Shown here one piece after another: positions 9,645 to 20,057 of a stretch of 64,000 nucleotides of DNA. A program made the translations under genes and the position numbers. Under the pieces are notes generated by a model. It searched no databases, was not told where the DNA came from, and saw only the letters and a program-made list of their open reading frames with translations. Each line of letters begins with the position of its first letter. Position 1 is the stretch's first letter. The DNA comes from Candidatus Limnocylindrales bacterium (GTDB taxonomy: Bacteria; Chloroflexota; Limnocylindria; Limnocylindrales; CSP1-4): positions 50,881 to 114,880 of the forward strand of contig JBBQJL010000001.1 in the NCBI GenBank assembly GCA_038325875.1, given 5' to 3'.

Positions 9645-10864
9645 CGTTCGAGCCGACCGGATCGCCGACCGCCGCAGGCTCGATGTCAGCGACGACGAGC
9701 GCGCCTGTGCGGCCGGCGCCGTCCGAGCGCCCGCTGATCGAGGTCGAGGGCCTGGTCAAGTACTACCCGATCGTCGGCGGTTTCCTGCGCCGCCACGTCG
9801 GCGACGTCAAGGCCGTCGACGGGGTCAGCTTCTGGGTCAACCACGGGGAGGTGTTCGGGCTCGTCGGCGAGTCCGGTTGCGGCAAGTCGACCCTCGGCAA
9901 GACGCTCATCCAGCTCCAGCCGCCGACGGCCGGGGTGGCCAGGCTCGACGGCGAGCCGATCTTCGACAAGAAGGGCAAGGAGCTCAAGCGGCTCCGCCGC
10001 CGGATGCAGATCATCTTCCAGGATCCGGTCGGGTCGCTGAACCCGCGGATGCCGATCAGCGATATCATCGGCGAGGGGCTATTGGCCCAGGCGGATGCCG
10101 ACAACAAGTGGGGCGACCGGAAGGTCCGCGACAAGCGGGTCGCGGATTACCTGGATGCGGTCGGCCTGCGGCGCGACTACACCCGGCGCTATCCGCACGA
10201 GTTCTCGGGCGGCCAGCGTCAGCGCATCGGGATCGCTCGGGCGCTCGCCCTCAGCCCCGACTTCCTGATCTGCGACGAGCCGGTCTCGGCACTCGACGTG
10301 TCGATCCAGAGCCAGATACTGAACCTGCTCCTCGACCTTCGGCGCGAGTTCGATCTGACCTACCTGTTCATCGCTCATAACCTGTCCGTGGTCCAGTACA
10401 TCAGCGATCGGGTCGGGGTGATGTACCTCGGCAAGCTGGTCGAGCTGGCGGAGGTAGATGAGCTGTACCGACGTCCTCGACATCCCTATTCAGTGGCTCT
10501 GCTGTCGGCGGTCCCGGATGCGAACCCGCGGATCCGCAAGAAGCGCCTGGTCCTGACCGGCGACGTCCCATCGCCGGCGGCGCCCCCGTCAGGCTGTCGG
10601 TTCCACACTCGGTGCTGGCTGTTCGAGCGGCTGGGGAGACCCGAGGACTGCACGACGGTCGATCCGGAGTTCCGCGACATCGGCGACGGCCACTTGGTCG
10701 CCTGCCACCATGCCGAGGAGGTGCCGACGGCGGTCGTCGCGGCCGCGGTCCCGACCGCGGAAGTGACGCTCGACACCGTGGCGATGCCGTCCGCCGGATC
10801 ACCGGCGGAACCGTCCGACGATGCCGGTCTGCCGGCGGTGGACGCCCCGGCGAGCGGCACCTGA
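9641..10864 (+). CDS. ABC transporter ATP-binding protein (DppF/OppF-like), operon 1
   Basis: The GTG at 9641 overlaps the DppD stop (GTGA). It has Walker [10 protein letters not shown], signature FSGGQRQR and Walker [12 protein letters not shown]. There is a roughly 60-aa low-complexity C-terminal tail. Confidence 0.8.
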   Translation: MTFEPTGSPTAAGSMSATTSAPVRPAPSERPLIEVEGLVKYYPIVGGFLRRHVGDVKAVDGVSFWVNHGEVFGLVGESGCGKSTLGKTLIQLQPPTAGVARLDGEPIFDKKGKELKRLRRRMQIIFQDPVGSLNPRMPISDIIGEGLLAQADADNKWGDRKVRDKRVADYLDAVGLRRDYTRRYPHEFSGGQRQRIGIARALALSPDFLICDEPVSALDVSIQSQILNLLLDLRREFDLTYLFIAHNLSVVQYISDRVGVMYLGKLVELAEVDELYRRPRHPYSVALLSAVPDANPRIRKKRLVLTGDVPSPAAPPSGCRFHTRCWLFERLGRPEDCTTVDPEFRDIGDGHLVACHHAEEVPTAVVAAAVPTAEVTLDTVAMPSAGSPAEPSDDAGLPAVDAPASGT

Positions 10865-10964
10865 GTATCATGCCGGGGTCGGCGAGGACCGACCCGGCCG
10901 GAAACGGTCGGGCTGGAGGAGGTCTCGCCGGCCCGGGCACAGCCATAGGAGGAGAACGAACCGC

Positions 10965-12689
10965 ATGACACGGATCAGATCAGGAGCAGGTCTCGCCGTT
11001 GCGGCGATCCTGTTCGCGGCCTGCACTGGTGCGACCACCACGCCGGCCCCGGCCAGTCAGGCCCCATCGGTGGCGGCACCATCGGTCGCGGCGCCTTCGA
11101 CCGAACCGAGCGCGGCCGCCGGGACCCCCAAGGACGGTGGCAACCTCATCGTCGCGATCCCGGGTGACATCGCGTCGACCGACACGGCGTTCATCCAGGA
11201 CAGCAACTCGTCGGCCGTCTCGAACCAGGTCATCGAGGGCCTCGTCGGGACCAAGCCCGGCACGACCGGTGAGGTCATCCCGGTTCTGGCCAAGAGCTGG
11301 ACGGTCAGCCCCGACGGCCTGACCTACACATTCACCCTGCAGGAAGGCGTCAAGTTCCACGACGGGACCGACTTCAACGCCGACGCCGTCTGCTACAACT
11401 ACGACCGCTGGAACAACTTCACCGGCGCCCTGGCCAGTGGTGACTACTCGTACTACTGGGCAGCCGTGTTCGGCGGCTACAAGGCCGACTCGAACATGGC
11501 CTCGTGCAAGGCCACCAGCCCGACCGAGGTCGCGATCACGCTCAAGAAGCCGTACAGCAGCTTCCTGCTGAGCCAGACGATCAGCACCTTCGGGATCAAC
11601 AGCCCGACCGCCCTCAAGGCGCTCGACGCCGACAACCCCGATCCGACCAAGAGCGGTTACAACACCGGCGCCAAGGGCGCCATGGTCGGGACCGGGCCGT
11701 TCAAGTTCGTCGACTACCTGGCCAACGATCACGTCACCCTCGAGAAGAACGCCGACTACTGGAACAAGGACGGCATGGCTCACCTGGACAAGGTGACCTT
11801 CAAGCCGTATCCGGACCAGACGGGCACGCTCAACGCGCTCGGCGCCGGCGACATCGACCTCGCCCTCAATATCAATCCGACCGACCTGGCCACGATCCAG
11901 GCCGACACGACCCTGCAGGCGATCGATCGCGGCGAGTCGTGCAACCTGTTCCACCTGGCCATGAACCAGACCCACAAGCCGTTCGACAATGCCAAGATCC
12001 GCGAGGCAGTCGCCTACGCGATCAACAAGCAGGCCCTGATCGATACGTTCTACGGCGGCCAGGCCGTCGCAGCCAAGACATGGATGCCGATCAATGGTCT
12101 GGACGCCAAGGACGAGGGCCTGCCCGAGTACAGCGTCGACAAGGCCAAGGCCCTGATCGCCGAATCGGGCGTGCCGGCCGACCAGCTGACGTTCGACTTC
12201 CACTATCCGTCCAACGTGTCTCGGCCGTACATGCCGGACCCGAAGGGCATCTTCCAGGCGCTCAGTGCCGATCTCGAGGCCGTCGGCTTCAAGCCCACGC
12301 CGCAGACCAAGCCCTGGCGCGAGGGCTACCTCAAGGAAGAGGCCGTCGGGAAGTACCCGATCTGGCTGATCGGCTGGACCTGCGACTGGGCCGGTCCGGA
12401 CAACTTCCTCGACACCGCCTTCTTCAACTACCAGGGCGGCAAGCCGAACCCCGAGTTCGCCTACAAGAACGACGAGCTCAACAAGACCATGAAGGACGCC
12501 GAGGCGGCGACCGACGACGCCACGGCCAAGACGCTCTGGGAGAAGGCACAGGACATGATCCGGGCCGACCTCCCGACCGTCCCGCTCGTCAACTCCACCC
12601 CGCCGGCTGCCGCCAAGGCCTACGTCAAGGGCTTCGTCGGCTCGGGCAACCTGACCGAGATCTTCAACACGGTCTGGCTCGACAAGTGA
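10965..12689 (+). CDS. Peptide ABC transporter substrate-binding lipoprotein (family 5), operon 2
   Basis: An AGGAGGAG RBS sits 9 nt upstream of the ATG at 10965. The protein reads MTRIRSGAGLAVAAILFAAC with a lipobox and is a paralog of the SBP at 4358. Confidence 0.85.
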   Translation: MTRIRSGAGLAVAAILFAACTGATTTPAPASQAPSVAAPSVAAPSTEPSAAAGTPKDGGNLIVAIPGDIASTDTAFIQDSNSSAVSNQVIEGLVGTKPGTTGEVIPVLAKSWTVSPDGLTYTFTLQEGVKFHDGTDFNADAVCYNYDRWNNFTGALASGDYSYYWAAVFGGYKADSNMASCKATSPTEVAITLKKPYSSFLLSQTISTFGINSPTALKALDADNPDPTKSGYNTGAKGAMVGTGPFKFVDYLANDHVTLEKNADYWNKDGMAHLDKVTFKPYPDQTGTLNALGAGDIDLALNINPTDLATIQADTTLQAIDRGESCNLFHLAMNQTHKPFDNAKIREAVAYAINKQALIDTFYGGQAVAAKTWMPINGLDAKDEGLPEYSVDKAKALIAESGVPADQLTFDFHYPSNVSRPYMPDPKGIFQALSADLEAVGFKPTPQTKPWREGYLKEEAVGKYPIWLIGWTCDWAGPDNFLDTAFFNYQGGKPNPEFAYKNDELNKTMKDAEAATDDATAKTLWEKAQDMIRADLPTVPLVNSTPPAAAKAYVKGFVGSGNLTEIFNTVWLDK

Positions 12690-12696
12690 CCGTGAC

Positions 12697-12765
12697 GACA
12701 CCGGCTCTCACGCCGGTGTCGCTCAGCTGACTCGCACGACCCCGGGGCCTTCGGGCCCCGGGGTC
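12697..12765 (+). terminator. Two tandem perfect hairpins after the SBP2 gene (intra-operon stem-loops)
   Basis: GACACCGGC-tctcac-GCCGGTGTC at 12697-12720, and GACCCCGGGGCC-ttcg-GGCCCCGGGGTC at 12738-12765. Confidence 0.4.
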
Positions 12766-12798
12766 CATTCCCTCAGCCGGACGGGGTGATTCGCGCCC

Positions 12799-13803
12799 GT
12801 GCTCAAGTACATCGTCCGACGACTTCTCGGAGCGATCCCGGTCCTGTTCGGACTGTCGATCGTCCTGTTCGCGTTCATCCACCTGCTGCCGGGCGACCCG
12901 GCGGCCACGATCCTGGGCCAGCACGCCCGGCCGGAGCTGGTCGAGGCCATGCGCCACCGGCTCGGGCTGGACCTCCCGCTGTGGCAGCAGTACCTCAACT
13001 ATATGAACGACCTCGCCCACGGCAACCTGGGCAACAGCTTCGTCAACAACCGGTCGGTCCTGAACGACTTCATCGTCCGCTTCCCGGGCACCATCGAGCT
13101 GACCCTCGCAGCACTTGCGTTCGCGGTCGGCCTCGGGATCCCGCTCGGGCGCTGGGCGGCGCGCCGGCCGCAGAGCTTCACCGACGGCTCGATCACGGTC
13201 CTGTCGCTGGTCGGGGTCAGCATCCCGATCTTCGTCCTCGGCCTGACCCTCCAGTACATCTTCGCGGTCCAGCTCAAGATCCTGCCCGCCTCGGGTCGGA
13301 TCGATGCGCGCCTCGATGTGCCGTACGTGACGAACTTCCTGCTGATCGACACGCTCATCGCCGGGCGACCGGACGCCTTCGTCGACAGCCTCCGCCACCT
13401 CGTCCTGCCGGCCATCGCGCTCGGCTCGATCCCGCTGGCGATCATCACCCGGATCACCCGCGCGTCGGTCCTTGACGTCTCGAACGAGGACTACGTCCGG
13501 ACGGCCCGGGCCAAGGGATTGACCGAGAAGCGAGTCGACGGGCGACATGTCATGCGCAACGCCTGGCTGCCGGTGGTCACGATCATCGGGCTGCAGGTCG
13601 GCGGGTTGCTCGCCGGGGCCGTCATCACCGAGACGGTGTTCGCCTGGAACGGCGTCGGGAAATGGGTGGTCGAGGCCATCGAGGCGCACGACTACTTCGT
13701 CATCCAGTCGTCCATCCTGATCTTCGCCATCATCTTTCTCATCGCCAACCTGGTGGTCGACATCGGCTACGCCTTCCTCAACCCGCGGATCCGGTACTCC
13801 TGA
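12799..13803 (+). CDS. ABC transporter permease (DppB-like), operon 2
   Basis: GTG start. The protein reads MLKYIVRRLLGAIPVLFGLSIVLFAFIHLLPGDP..., has TM segments, and is a paralog of the permease at 6406. Confidence 0.85.
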   Translation: MLKYIVRRLLGAIPVLFGLSIVLFAFIHLLPGDPAATILGQHARPELVEAMRHRLGLDLPLWQQYLNYMNDLAHGNLGNSFVNNRSVLNDFIVRFPGTIELTLAALAFAVGLGIPLGRWAARRPQSFTDGSITVLSLVGVSIPIFVLGLTLQYIFAVQLKILPASGRIDARLDVPYVTNFLLIDTLIAGRPDAFVDSLRHLVLPAIALGSIPLAIITRITRASVLDVSNEDYVRTARAKGLTEKRVDGRHVMRNAWLPVVTIIGLQVGGLLAGAVITETVFAWNGVGKWVVEAIEAHDYFVIQSSILIFAIIFLIANLVVDIGYAFLNPRIRYS

Positions 13804-14696
13804 TGGCGACGACCGCCGTCCCCGTCCGGGCGACCGCTCCGACGCGAGCCAGCCGCGGCCTGTGGCGGGACGCCCTGGTTCGCCTGCGGCGCAACCGCCC
13901 GGCGATGGTCGGGCTGGGGTTCATCGCCGTCTTCGTGGCGGTCGCCTTCCTGGCTCCGCTCCTCGCCCCATACGATCCCAACAAGCTCGGCCTCGGCAAG
14001 TCATTCGAGCCGCCCTCGCCGAGTCACCTGGCCGGTCTCGACAAGCTCGGCCGCGATGAGCTCAGCCGGGTCTTCTATGGCGCCCGGGTGAGCCTGATCG
14101 TCGGGATCGTGTCGGTCACCGTCGGCCTGACGATCGGCGGCTTCGTCGGTGCCCTGGCGGGCGGCTTCGGCGGGCGGATCGACACGATCCTGATGCGGAT
14201 GACCGACGTGTTCCTGGCCATCCCCGGGATCCTGCTGGCGATCGGGATCGTGGCCTGGCTCGGTCAGGGCCTGCCCCAGATCATGATCGCGGTGGCGGTC
14301 GCCAACGCCCCGATCTTCGCCCGGATCCTGCGCGGCAGCCTGCTCTCGCTGCGCGAGGCGGAGTTCGTGACCGCCGCCCGCTCGATCGGGGCGAGCAAGA
14401 GCCGCATGCTCATGCGCCACATGCTCCCGAACGCACTGACCGCACTCATCGTGGCGGCCACCCTGGCCCTGGCCACGGCCATCATCGACGTGGCCGGCCT
14501 GGGCTTCCTCGGGCTCGGGCCGCCCGATCCGCGGACCGCCGAGTGGGGGACGATGCTGACCGACTCGACCGAGGCGCTGCGTCGCGCGCCGTGGCTCATC
14601 TTCGCCCCGGGGCTGGCCATCGTCATCAGCGCGATCGGGTTCAACCTGCTCGGGGACGGGTTGCGTGAGTCGCTCGATCCGCGGTTGAAGCGATGA
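13803..14696 (+). CDS. ABC transporter permease (DppC-like), operon 2
   Basis: The ATG at 13803 overlaps the stop (TGATG). The protein reads [10 protein letters not shown]...[18 protein letters not shown] and carries the EAA-loop [22 protein letters not shown]. Confidence 0.8.
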   Translation: MATTAVPVRATAPTRASRGLWRDALVRLRRNRPAMVGLGFIAVFVAVAFLAPLLAPYDPNKLGLGKSFEPPSPSHLAGLDKLGRDELSRVFYGARVSLIVGIVSVTVGLTIGGFVGALAGGFGGRIDTILMRMTDVFLAIPGILLAIGIVAWLGQGLPQIMIAVAVANAPIFARILRGSLLSLREAEFVTAARSIGASKSRMLMRHMLPNALTALIVAATLALATAIIDVAGLGFLGLGPPDPRTAEWGTMLTDSTEALRRAPWLIFAPGLAIVISAIGFNLLGDGLRESLDPRLKR

Positions 14697-16000
14697 GCGC
14701 GCTCGCCGGGCCGACCGACTCGAAGGCGACGACCGGGGGGGCGTCTACGACCGGCCCGAACCCCGAGGCGCTCCTGTCGGTCGAGGACCTGGTCGTCCGG
14801 TTCCGGACCCAGGACGGCTCGATCTTCGCGGTCAACGGGGTCAGCTTCGACGTGGCCCCCGGCGAGACACTCGGCCTGGTCGGCGAATCCGGCTGTGGCA
14901 AGAGCGTCACCAACCTGGCGATCATGCGCCTTCTGCCGAAGCCGGCCGGTCGGATCGAGGGCGGCCGGATCTGGTTCGACGGGGTCGACCTCGCGGCGAT
15001 CTCGGAGAACGAGATCCGGGACATCCGCGGTCGCGATGTGGCGATGATCTTCCAGGATCCGATGACCAGCCTGAACCCGGTCCTGACCATCGAGGAACAG
15101 ATGGTCGAGACGATCCGGGCCCATCGGACGACGACCAAGGAGGCCGCCCGGGATCGGGCCATCGAGATCCTGGTGACGGTCGGCATCTCGGATGCCGAGG
15201 CCCGTCTGAAGTCTTTCCCCCACCAGTTCTCGGGCGGGATGCGCCAGCGGGTGATGATCGCCATGGCGCTGGCCCTCGAGCCACGGCTGATGATCGCCGA
15301 CGAGCCGACCACGGCCCTCGACGTGACGATCCAGGCCCAGGTCCTCGAGCTGCTCCAGCGGCTGACGACCGAGACGGGGACCGCGATGATCCTGATCACC
15401 CACGACCTCGGGGTGGTCGCCGGGATGACAATGCGGACCAACGTCATGTACGCCGGCTTCGTGGTCGAGACCGCCACCACGACCGAACTGTTCGCCAACC
15501 CGTCGCACCCGTACACGGTCGGCCTCCTCCACTCGATCCCGCGTGTCGACGCGGAGGCCGGGGAGGAGCTCATCCCGATCGAGGGCCGACCACCGGACCA
15601 GCGGGTCGAGCCATCGGGCTGTCCGTTCGCGCCGCGCTGCGCCTGGCGACTCGAGACGTGCTGGTCGGACAACCCGACCTCGACGACGGTCGAGCCCGGG
15701 GCTGCGCTCATCCGGACGGGACCGAACGCCACCCACCTGATCGCCTGCCACAACCCGCCGACGCACGAGGAAGCGCTGGCCGGTCGCCCGCTCCGGGAGG
15801 GCTTCGTAGCGGCCCCGCCGCCCGGCGGCGACGATGCCGGCGGAGGCCTCGACGAGCTGTCCACGCTCGATACCCTGGCGGCCTTCGAACCGCCGACCGG
15901 CGAGATGACCGGCCTCAGCGCGCGCGACGAAGCTCTCACCCTCAGTGGTCAAGACCACGGCCGCTATCCCGGCGATCCCGACAGGGGCGGCCTGCCATGA
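14693..16000 (+). CDS. ABC transporter ATP-binding protein (DppD-like), operon 2, with long C-terminal extension
   Basis: ATGA overlap at the start. Walker A GESGCGKS, signature FSGGMRQR and Walker [13 protein letters not shown] are present. A roughly 100-aa Gly/Pro/Asp-rich C-terminal tail follows. Confidence 0.85.
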   Translation: MSALAGPTDSKATTGGASTTGPNPEALLSVEDLVVRFRTQDGSIFAVNGVSFDVAPGETLGLVGESGCGKSVTNLAIMRLLPKPAGRIEGGRIWFDGVDLAAISENEIRDIRGRDVAMIFQDPMTSLNPVLTIEEQMVETIRAHRTTTKEAARDRAIEILVTVGISDAEARLKSFPHQFSGGMRQRVMIAMALALEPRLMIADEPTTALDVTIQAQVLELLQRLTTETGTAMILITHDLGVVAGMTMRTNVMYAGFVVETATTTELFANPSHPYTVGLLHSIPRVDAEAGEELIPIEGRPPDQRVEPSGCPFAPRCAWRLETCWSDNPTSTTVEPGAALIRTGPNATHLIACHNPPTHEEALAGRPLREGFVAAPPPGGDDAGGGLDELSTLDTLAAFEPPTGEMTGLSARDEALTLSGQDHGRYPGDPDRGGLP

Positions 16001-17271
16001 CCGACGGCCTCGGAACGGTTCCGACAGCGTCGAGTGGGAGCGGTCGCGCGAGCGCGCCGTCGGCCGGGAACGGGTCCAACGGCGCCGCCGCGCCGCTGGT
16101 CAGCGTCCAGGACCTGCGGGTCTGGTTCCCGATCACGGACGGTCTCATCTTCGAGCGCCATATCGGCGACGTCCGGGCGGTCGACGGCATCGACTTCGAG
16201 ATCCGCCGCGGCGAGACGCTCGGGCTGGTCGGCGAGTCCGGCTGCGGCAAGAGCACGACCGGACGGGCGATCATCCGGCTGTACAAGCCGACGACCGGGT
16301 CGGTCAGCATCGACGGGACCGATCTCGCCCCGCTCGAGGGCTCCGATCTGCGCCGGATGCGCGGTCGGATGCAGATGATCTTCCAGGACCCCTACTCGAG
16401 CCTCAACCCGCGGATGAACGTGGCCGGCATCGTCGGCGAGCCGCTCGAGATCCACAACGTCGGGACGAAGACCGAGCGGGCGGACAAGGTCCGCGACCTG
16501 CTCGCGACGGTCGGTCTCAATCCCGACTTCGCGGAGCGCTATCCACACGAGTTCTCCGGCGGCCAGCGCCAGCGGATCGGGGTGGCCCGGGCGCTCGCCC
16601 TGAACCCGGACCTGATCGTCGCCGACGAGCCGATCAGCGCCCTCGACGTGTCGATCCAGGCCCAGATCATCAACCTCCTCGAAAAGCTCCAGAATCAGCT
16701 CGGCCTGACCTACCTGTTCATCGCCCACGACCTGTCGGTCGTCCGCCACATCAGCGACCGGATCGCGGTGATGTACCTCGGGCGGATCGTCGAGGTCGCG
16801 CCGTCGCGCGAGCTCAACCGGGAGCCCCTCCACCCGTACACGGTCGCCCTCCTGTCGGCCATCCCGATCCCGGATCCGGTGGTCGAGAGCCGGCGCCGCC
16901 GGATCATCCTGAAGGGCGACGTCCCGTCGCCGGCGGCGCCTCCGCCCGGCTGCCGGTTCCACACCCGCTGCTGGCTGCGCGAGCGCCTCGGCAACCCGGA
17001 ACGGTGCACCACCGAAGAGCCGGTCCTGCGCACGCTGTCGACCGGTCACGAGGTGGCGTGCCACTTCGCCGAGGAGGTCGCCGGCTCGGCCGAGCAGGTG
17101 CAGGCGACCGGTCGATCGGCGCACGGCGCCGCGCCCGCGGCCTCTGCCGGTCCGGGGGCTGCGGCAGCCGTGCCCGGAGCAGCGGCGCCCCGTCCCGACC
17201 TCGCGGACCTGCCCACGCCGCCGCCGGTCCCGCCAAGTGCGCCGCCGTCGGTGCCGACGCCGGGAAGCTGA
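15997..17271 (+). CDS. ABC transporter ATP-binding protein (DppF-like), operon 2
   Basis: The ATG at 15997 overlaps the stop. It has Walker [10 protein letters not shown], signature FSGGQRQR and Walker [12 protein letters not shown]. The C-terminal tail is Ala/Pro-rich. Confidence 0.85.
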   Translation: MTDGLGTVPTASSGSGRASAPSAGNGSNGAAAPLVSVQDLRVWFPITDGLIFERHIGDVRAVDGIDFEIRRGETLGLVGESGCGKSTTGRAIIRLYKPTTGSVSIDGTDLAPLEGSDLRRMRGRMQMIFQDPYSSLNPRMNVAGIVGEPLEIHNVGTKTERADKVRDLLATVGLNPDFAERYPHEFSGGQRQRIGVARALALNPDLIVADEPISALDVSIQAQIINLLEKLQNQLGLTYLFIAHDLSVVRHISDRIAVMYLGRIVEVAPSRELNREPLHPYTVALLSAIPIPDPVVESRRRRIILKGDVPSPAAPPPGCRFHTRCWLRERLGNPERCTTEEPVLRTLSTGHEVACHFAEEVAGSAEQVQATGRSAHGAAPAASAGPGAAAAVPGAAAPRPDLADLPTPPPVPPSAPPSVPTPGS

Positions 17272-17288
17272 CCGGCTAGACTCCGCCC

Positions 17289-18233
17289 GTGCAGCCGCTC
17301 CGGATCGCCCTCGCCCAGATCGCTCCGCGCCTCGGCGCGTTCGACGACAACCTCGAACGCCACCGGACCATCCTGGCCGAGGCCCGCGCGGACGGTGCCG
17401 GCCTGGTCGTCTTCCCGGAGCTCGGCCTGACCGGCTACCTCCTCCAGGACCTCGCCGCGGAGGTGGCGATCCGCCTCGACGATCCGCGCCTCGCCGCGCT
17501 GACCGCCGACACGATCGGGCTGTCGGCCGTGGTCTCGTTCGTCGAGGAATCGGCCGATCACCGCCTGTTCATCGCGGCGGCGCTGCTGGAGGACGGACGG
17601 ATCGCCCACGTCCACCGGAAGCTGTTCCTGCCGACCTACGGGCTGTTCGATGAGCGCCGCTTCTTCGCTGCCGGCGACGTCCTCCGGGCGATCCCGTCCC
17701 GGCTCGGGCCGGGCATCGGCCTCGCCGTGTGCGAGGACTTCTGGCACCTGTCCGTGGCGCAGGTGCTGGCGCTCGACGGGGCCCAGATCCTGATCAACGT
17801 GTCGTCGTCGCCGGGTCGGGACGTTGCGGCCATCAACGAGGTCGGGCTCGGCACGGCGGCCTCGTGGCGGACCCTGATGCGGACCTACGCTCAGCTCACG
17901 ACCAGCTACGTCGTCTTCGTCAACCGGGTCGGGGTCGAGGAGTCGATCAGCTTCTGGGGCGGCTCGGAAGTGATCGGGCCGGACGGCGCGGCGATCTTCA
18001 GCGCTCCGTTCTACGACGAGGGCCTGTACCCGGTGGACGTGGACCTGGCCGAGATCCGACGAGCAAGGATCGGTCTGCCGCTGCTGCGCGACGAGCGACC
18101 TGAGCTCCATGTCCGCGAGCTCGACCGGATCGTGGCCGAGCGGGCCGGGCTGGCCGCCGATGCGACCGCGGACCGCGACGCGGCGCCCGGCCTCGACGTC
18201 GCGCCGTCGTCGGCATCGGCAGCCCGATCGTGA
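17289..18233 (+). CDS. Carbon-nitrogen hydrolase (nitrilase superfamily; glutaminase-like domain of glutamine-dependent NAD+ synthetase, encoded separately)
   Basis: The E-K-C catalytic triad contexts are present: FPELGLTGY, HRKLFLP and GLAVCEDFWH. It sits immediately upstream of nadE and overlaps it. Confidence 0.75.
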   Translation: MQPLRIALAQIAPRLGAFDDNLERHRTILAEARADGAGLVVFPELGLTGYLLQDLAAEVAIRLDDPRLAALTADTIGLSAVVSFVEESADHRLFIAAALLEDGRIAHVHRKLFLPTYGLFDERRFFAAGDVLRAIPSRLGPGIGLAVCEDFWHLSVAQVLALDGAQILINVSSSPGRDVAAINEVGLGTAASWRTLMRTYAQLTTSYVVFVNRVGVEESISFWGGSEVIGPDGAAIFSAPFYDEGLYPVDVDLAEIRRARIGLPLLRDERPELHVRELDRIVAERAGLAADATADRDAAPGLDVAPSSASAARS

Positions 18234-19117
18234 CCGGCATCGCGTTCGAGCTGCCGGCCGAGCTGGAGATCGACACGGACATCGCCCGGCGGGTCATCGC
18301 CGAGTTCATCCGCGGCCAGCTGCGGCAGGCCGGCTTCGAACGGGCCGTTCTCGGCCTGTCCGGCGGGATCGATTCGGCCCTGGTCGCGTTCCTCGTGGCC
18401 GAGGCCATCGGAGCCGACAAGCTGCTGAGCGTGATGTTGCCCTACCGGACCTCGTCGCCAGCGTCGCGCGCCGATGCGGAGAAGGTCATCCGTCGGCTCG
18501 GCTGCGCATCCGAGCTGGTCGACATCAGCGCGATGGTCGACGGCTACTACGGGGCCGATGGCGTGCCGGGCGCGCTCGGACCGGACGGGCTGGACGCCGC
18601 CCCGCTCCGGCGCGGGAACTTCATGGCCCGGATGCGGATGGCCGTCCTGTACGACCGCTCGGTCACCTGGGGCGGGCTGGTCGTCGGGACCGGCAACAAG
18701 ACCGAAGGGCTGATCGGGTATACGACCCTGTTCGGGGACAGTGCTTGTGCGTTCAACCCGATCGGCGATCTGTACAAGAGCCAGGTCCGCCAGCTGGCCG
18801 CCGCCGTCGGCGTTCCCGACGAGATCATCGCCAAGGCCCCGTCGGCGGACCTGTGGCCTGGCCAGACCGACGAATCGGAGGCCGGCTTCAGTTATCCCGA
18901 GCTGGACCGCCTGCTGTTCTGGCTGATCGACAAGCGCCGCTCGCCCGAAGACCTGGTCGGCAAGGGGTTCGGGCCCGGTCTCGTCGCGTGGGCGACCCGG
19001 GCGGTCGCCGGCGCCGAGTTCAAGCGGCAGATGCCGCCGATCGCCAAGCTCGGGCCGCGGACGGCCGGGGTCGACTACCTCTACCCACGCCGCCGGCCCG
19101 GTTCGTCCCGCTCGTGA
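18230..19117 (+). CDS. nadE: NAD+ synthetase (synthetase domain)
   Basis: The GTG start overlaps the upstream stop (GTGA). The PP-loop motif SGGIDSA is present, and the sequence reads ...LPYRTSS...TGNKTEGLIGYTTLFGD. Confidence 0.8.
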   Translation: MTGIAFELPAELEIDTDIARRVIAEFIRGQLRQAGFERAVLGLSGGIDSALVAFLVAEAIGADKLLSVMLPYRTSSPASRADAEKVIRRLGCASELVDISAMVDGYYGADGVPGALGPDGLDAAPLRRGNFMARMRMAVLYDRSVTWGGLVVGTGNKTEGLIGYTTLFGDSACAFNPIGDLYKSQVRQLAAAVGVPDEIIAKAPSADLWPGQTDESEAGFSYPELDRLLFWLIDKRRSPEDLVGKGFGPGLVAWATRAVAGAEFKRQMPPIAKLGPRTAGVDYLYPRRRPGSSRS

Positions 19118-20031
19118 CGGCCTCGGCGGGGGGACGGCTGTACGTCGTCGCGACGCCTATCGGCAACCTCGGCGACGTCACCCTGCGGGCGATCGACACC
19201 CTCCGGGCGGTCCCGCTCATCGCGGCCGAGGACACCCGGGTGAGTCGCCGCCTGCTCGCCAGGCACGCCATCGACACGCGGATGATCAGCTTCCATGCCC
19301 GCAATGCCGAACGAAGGCTGCCCGACCTGCTCGACCACCTGCGGTCCGGGGCCGACCTCGCCCTCGTGACCGACGCCGGGACGCCCGGGGTCAGCGACCC
19401 CGGTGAGGGGCTGGTCCGCGCCTGGGCAGGGGAGGGCGGGCTCGTCGTGCCCATCCCGGGGGCATCGGCGGTGCTGGCGGCGATCGTCGCCTCCGGTGTG
19501 GCCGGCCCGCGCTGGACGTTCGAGGGCTTCCTGCCGCGGAGCGGTCGGGCAAGGCGCGACCGGCTCGCCCGGATCGCCGCTGATGAGCGCGGCTGTGTCG
19601 TGTACGAGGCACCCGGACGCGTCGCCGCGACGCTCGGCGATCTCGCCGCCGCCTGCGGGCCAGAGCGCCCTGCCGCCGTGTGTCGTGAGCTGACCAAGCT
19701 CCACGAAGAGGTCGTCCGGGGCACCCTTGGGGATATCGGTGCGACGGCTCGGGACGGCGGGTTGACCCTGCGCGGAGAATTCGCGCTGGTGGTCGGTGAG
19801 TGGCGTGGCGCCTCGGCGTTGGGCGGCCCCTCGGCACGACCGGGCGCGGCGCGCGGCGGCTCCCCGAGCGTGCCTGACGGGGCTGTCGCCGATCCTGAGA
19901 CGGCGGCACGCGCCGCGGTCGAACGGCTGGTCGGCGAGGGCGTGGCTCGCGGCGATGCCGCTCGGCGCATCGCCGCCGAGACCGGGATCCCGCGCCGACG
20001 CCTGTATGGTGCGCCGACGACCGCCGACTGA
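19114..20031 (+). CDS. rsmI: 16S rRNA (cytidine1402-2'-O)-methyltransferase
   Basis: The GTG at 19114 overlaps the nadE stop. The protein reads GRLYVVATPIGNLGDVTLRAIDTL...AAEDTR...VTDAGTPGVSDPG and belongs to the tetrapyrrole-methylase/RsmI family. Confidence 0.8.
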   Translation: MTASAGGRLYVVATPIGNLGDVTLRAIDTLRAVPLIAAEDTRVSRRLLARHAIDTRMISFHARNAERRLPDLLDHLRSGADLALVTDAGTPGVSDPGEGLVRAWAGEGGLVVPIPGASAVLAAIVASGVAGPRWTFEGFLPRSGRARRDRLARIAADERGCVVYEAPGRVAATLGDLAAACGPERPAAVCRELTKLHEEVVRGTLGDIGATARDGGLTLRGEFALVVGEWRGASALGGPSARPGAARGGSPSVPDGAVADPETAARAAVERLVGEGVARGDAARRIAAETGIPRRRLYGAPTTAD

Positions 20032-20057
20032 AGCCCGGCCGCGCCGGGGCGCGGATC

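Noticed and set aside
9128-10864. 578-aa version of the DppF1 ORF. N-extended forms of the same kind occur at 10821, 15658, 27868, 31404, 32819, 33970, 34500, 36178, 36584 and 39345.
   Set aside because: The N-terminal extensions overlap the preceding conserved gene in another frame. The true starts were placed at the start codon overlapping or adjacent to the upstream stop, which matches the conserved N-termini.
18109-20031. 640-aa ORF spanning nadE and rsmI.
   Set aside because: Only the C-terminal ~305 aa (from the GTG at 19114) match RsmI. The upstream part is an out-of-frame read-through of nadE with Arg-rich nonsense translation.
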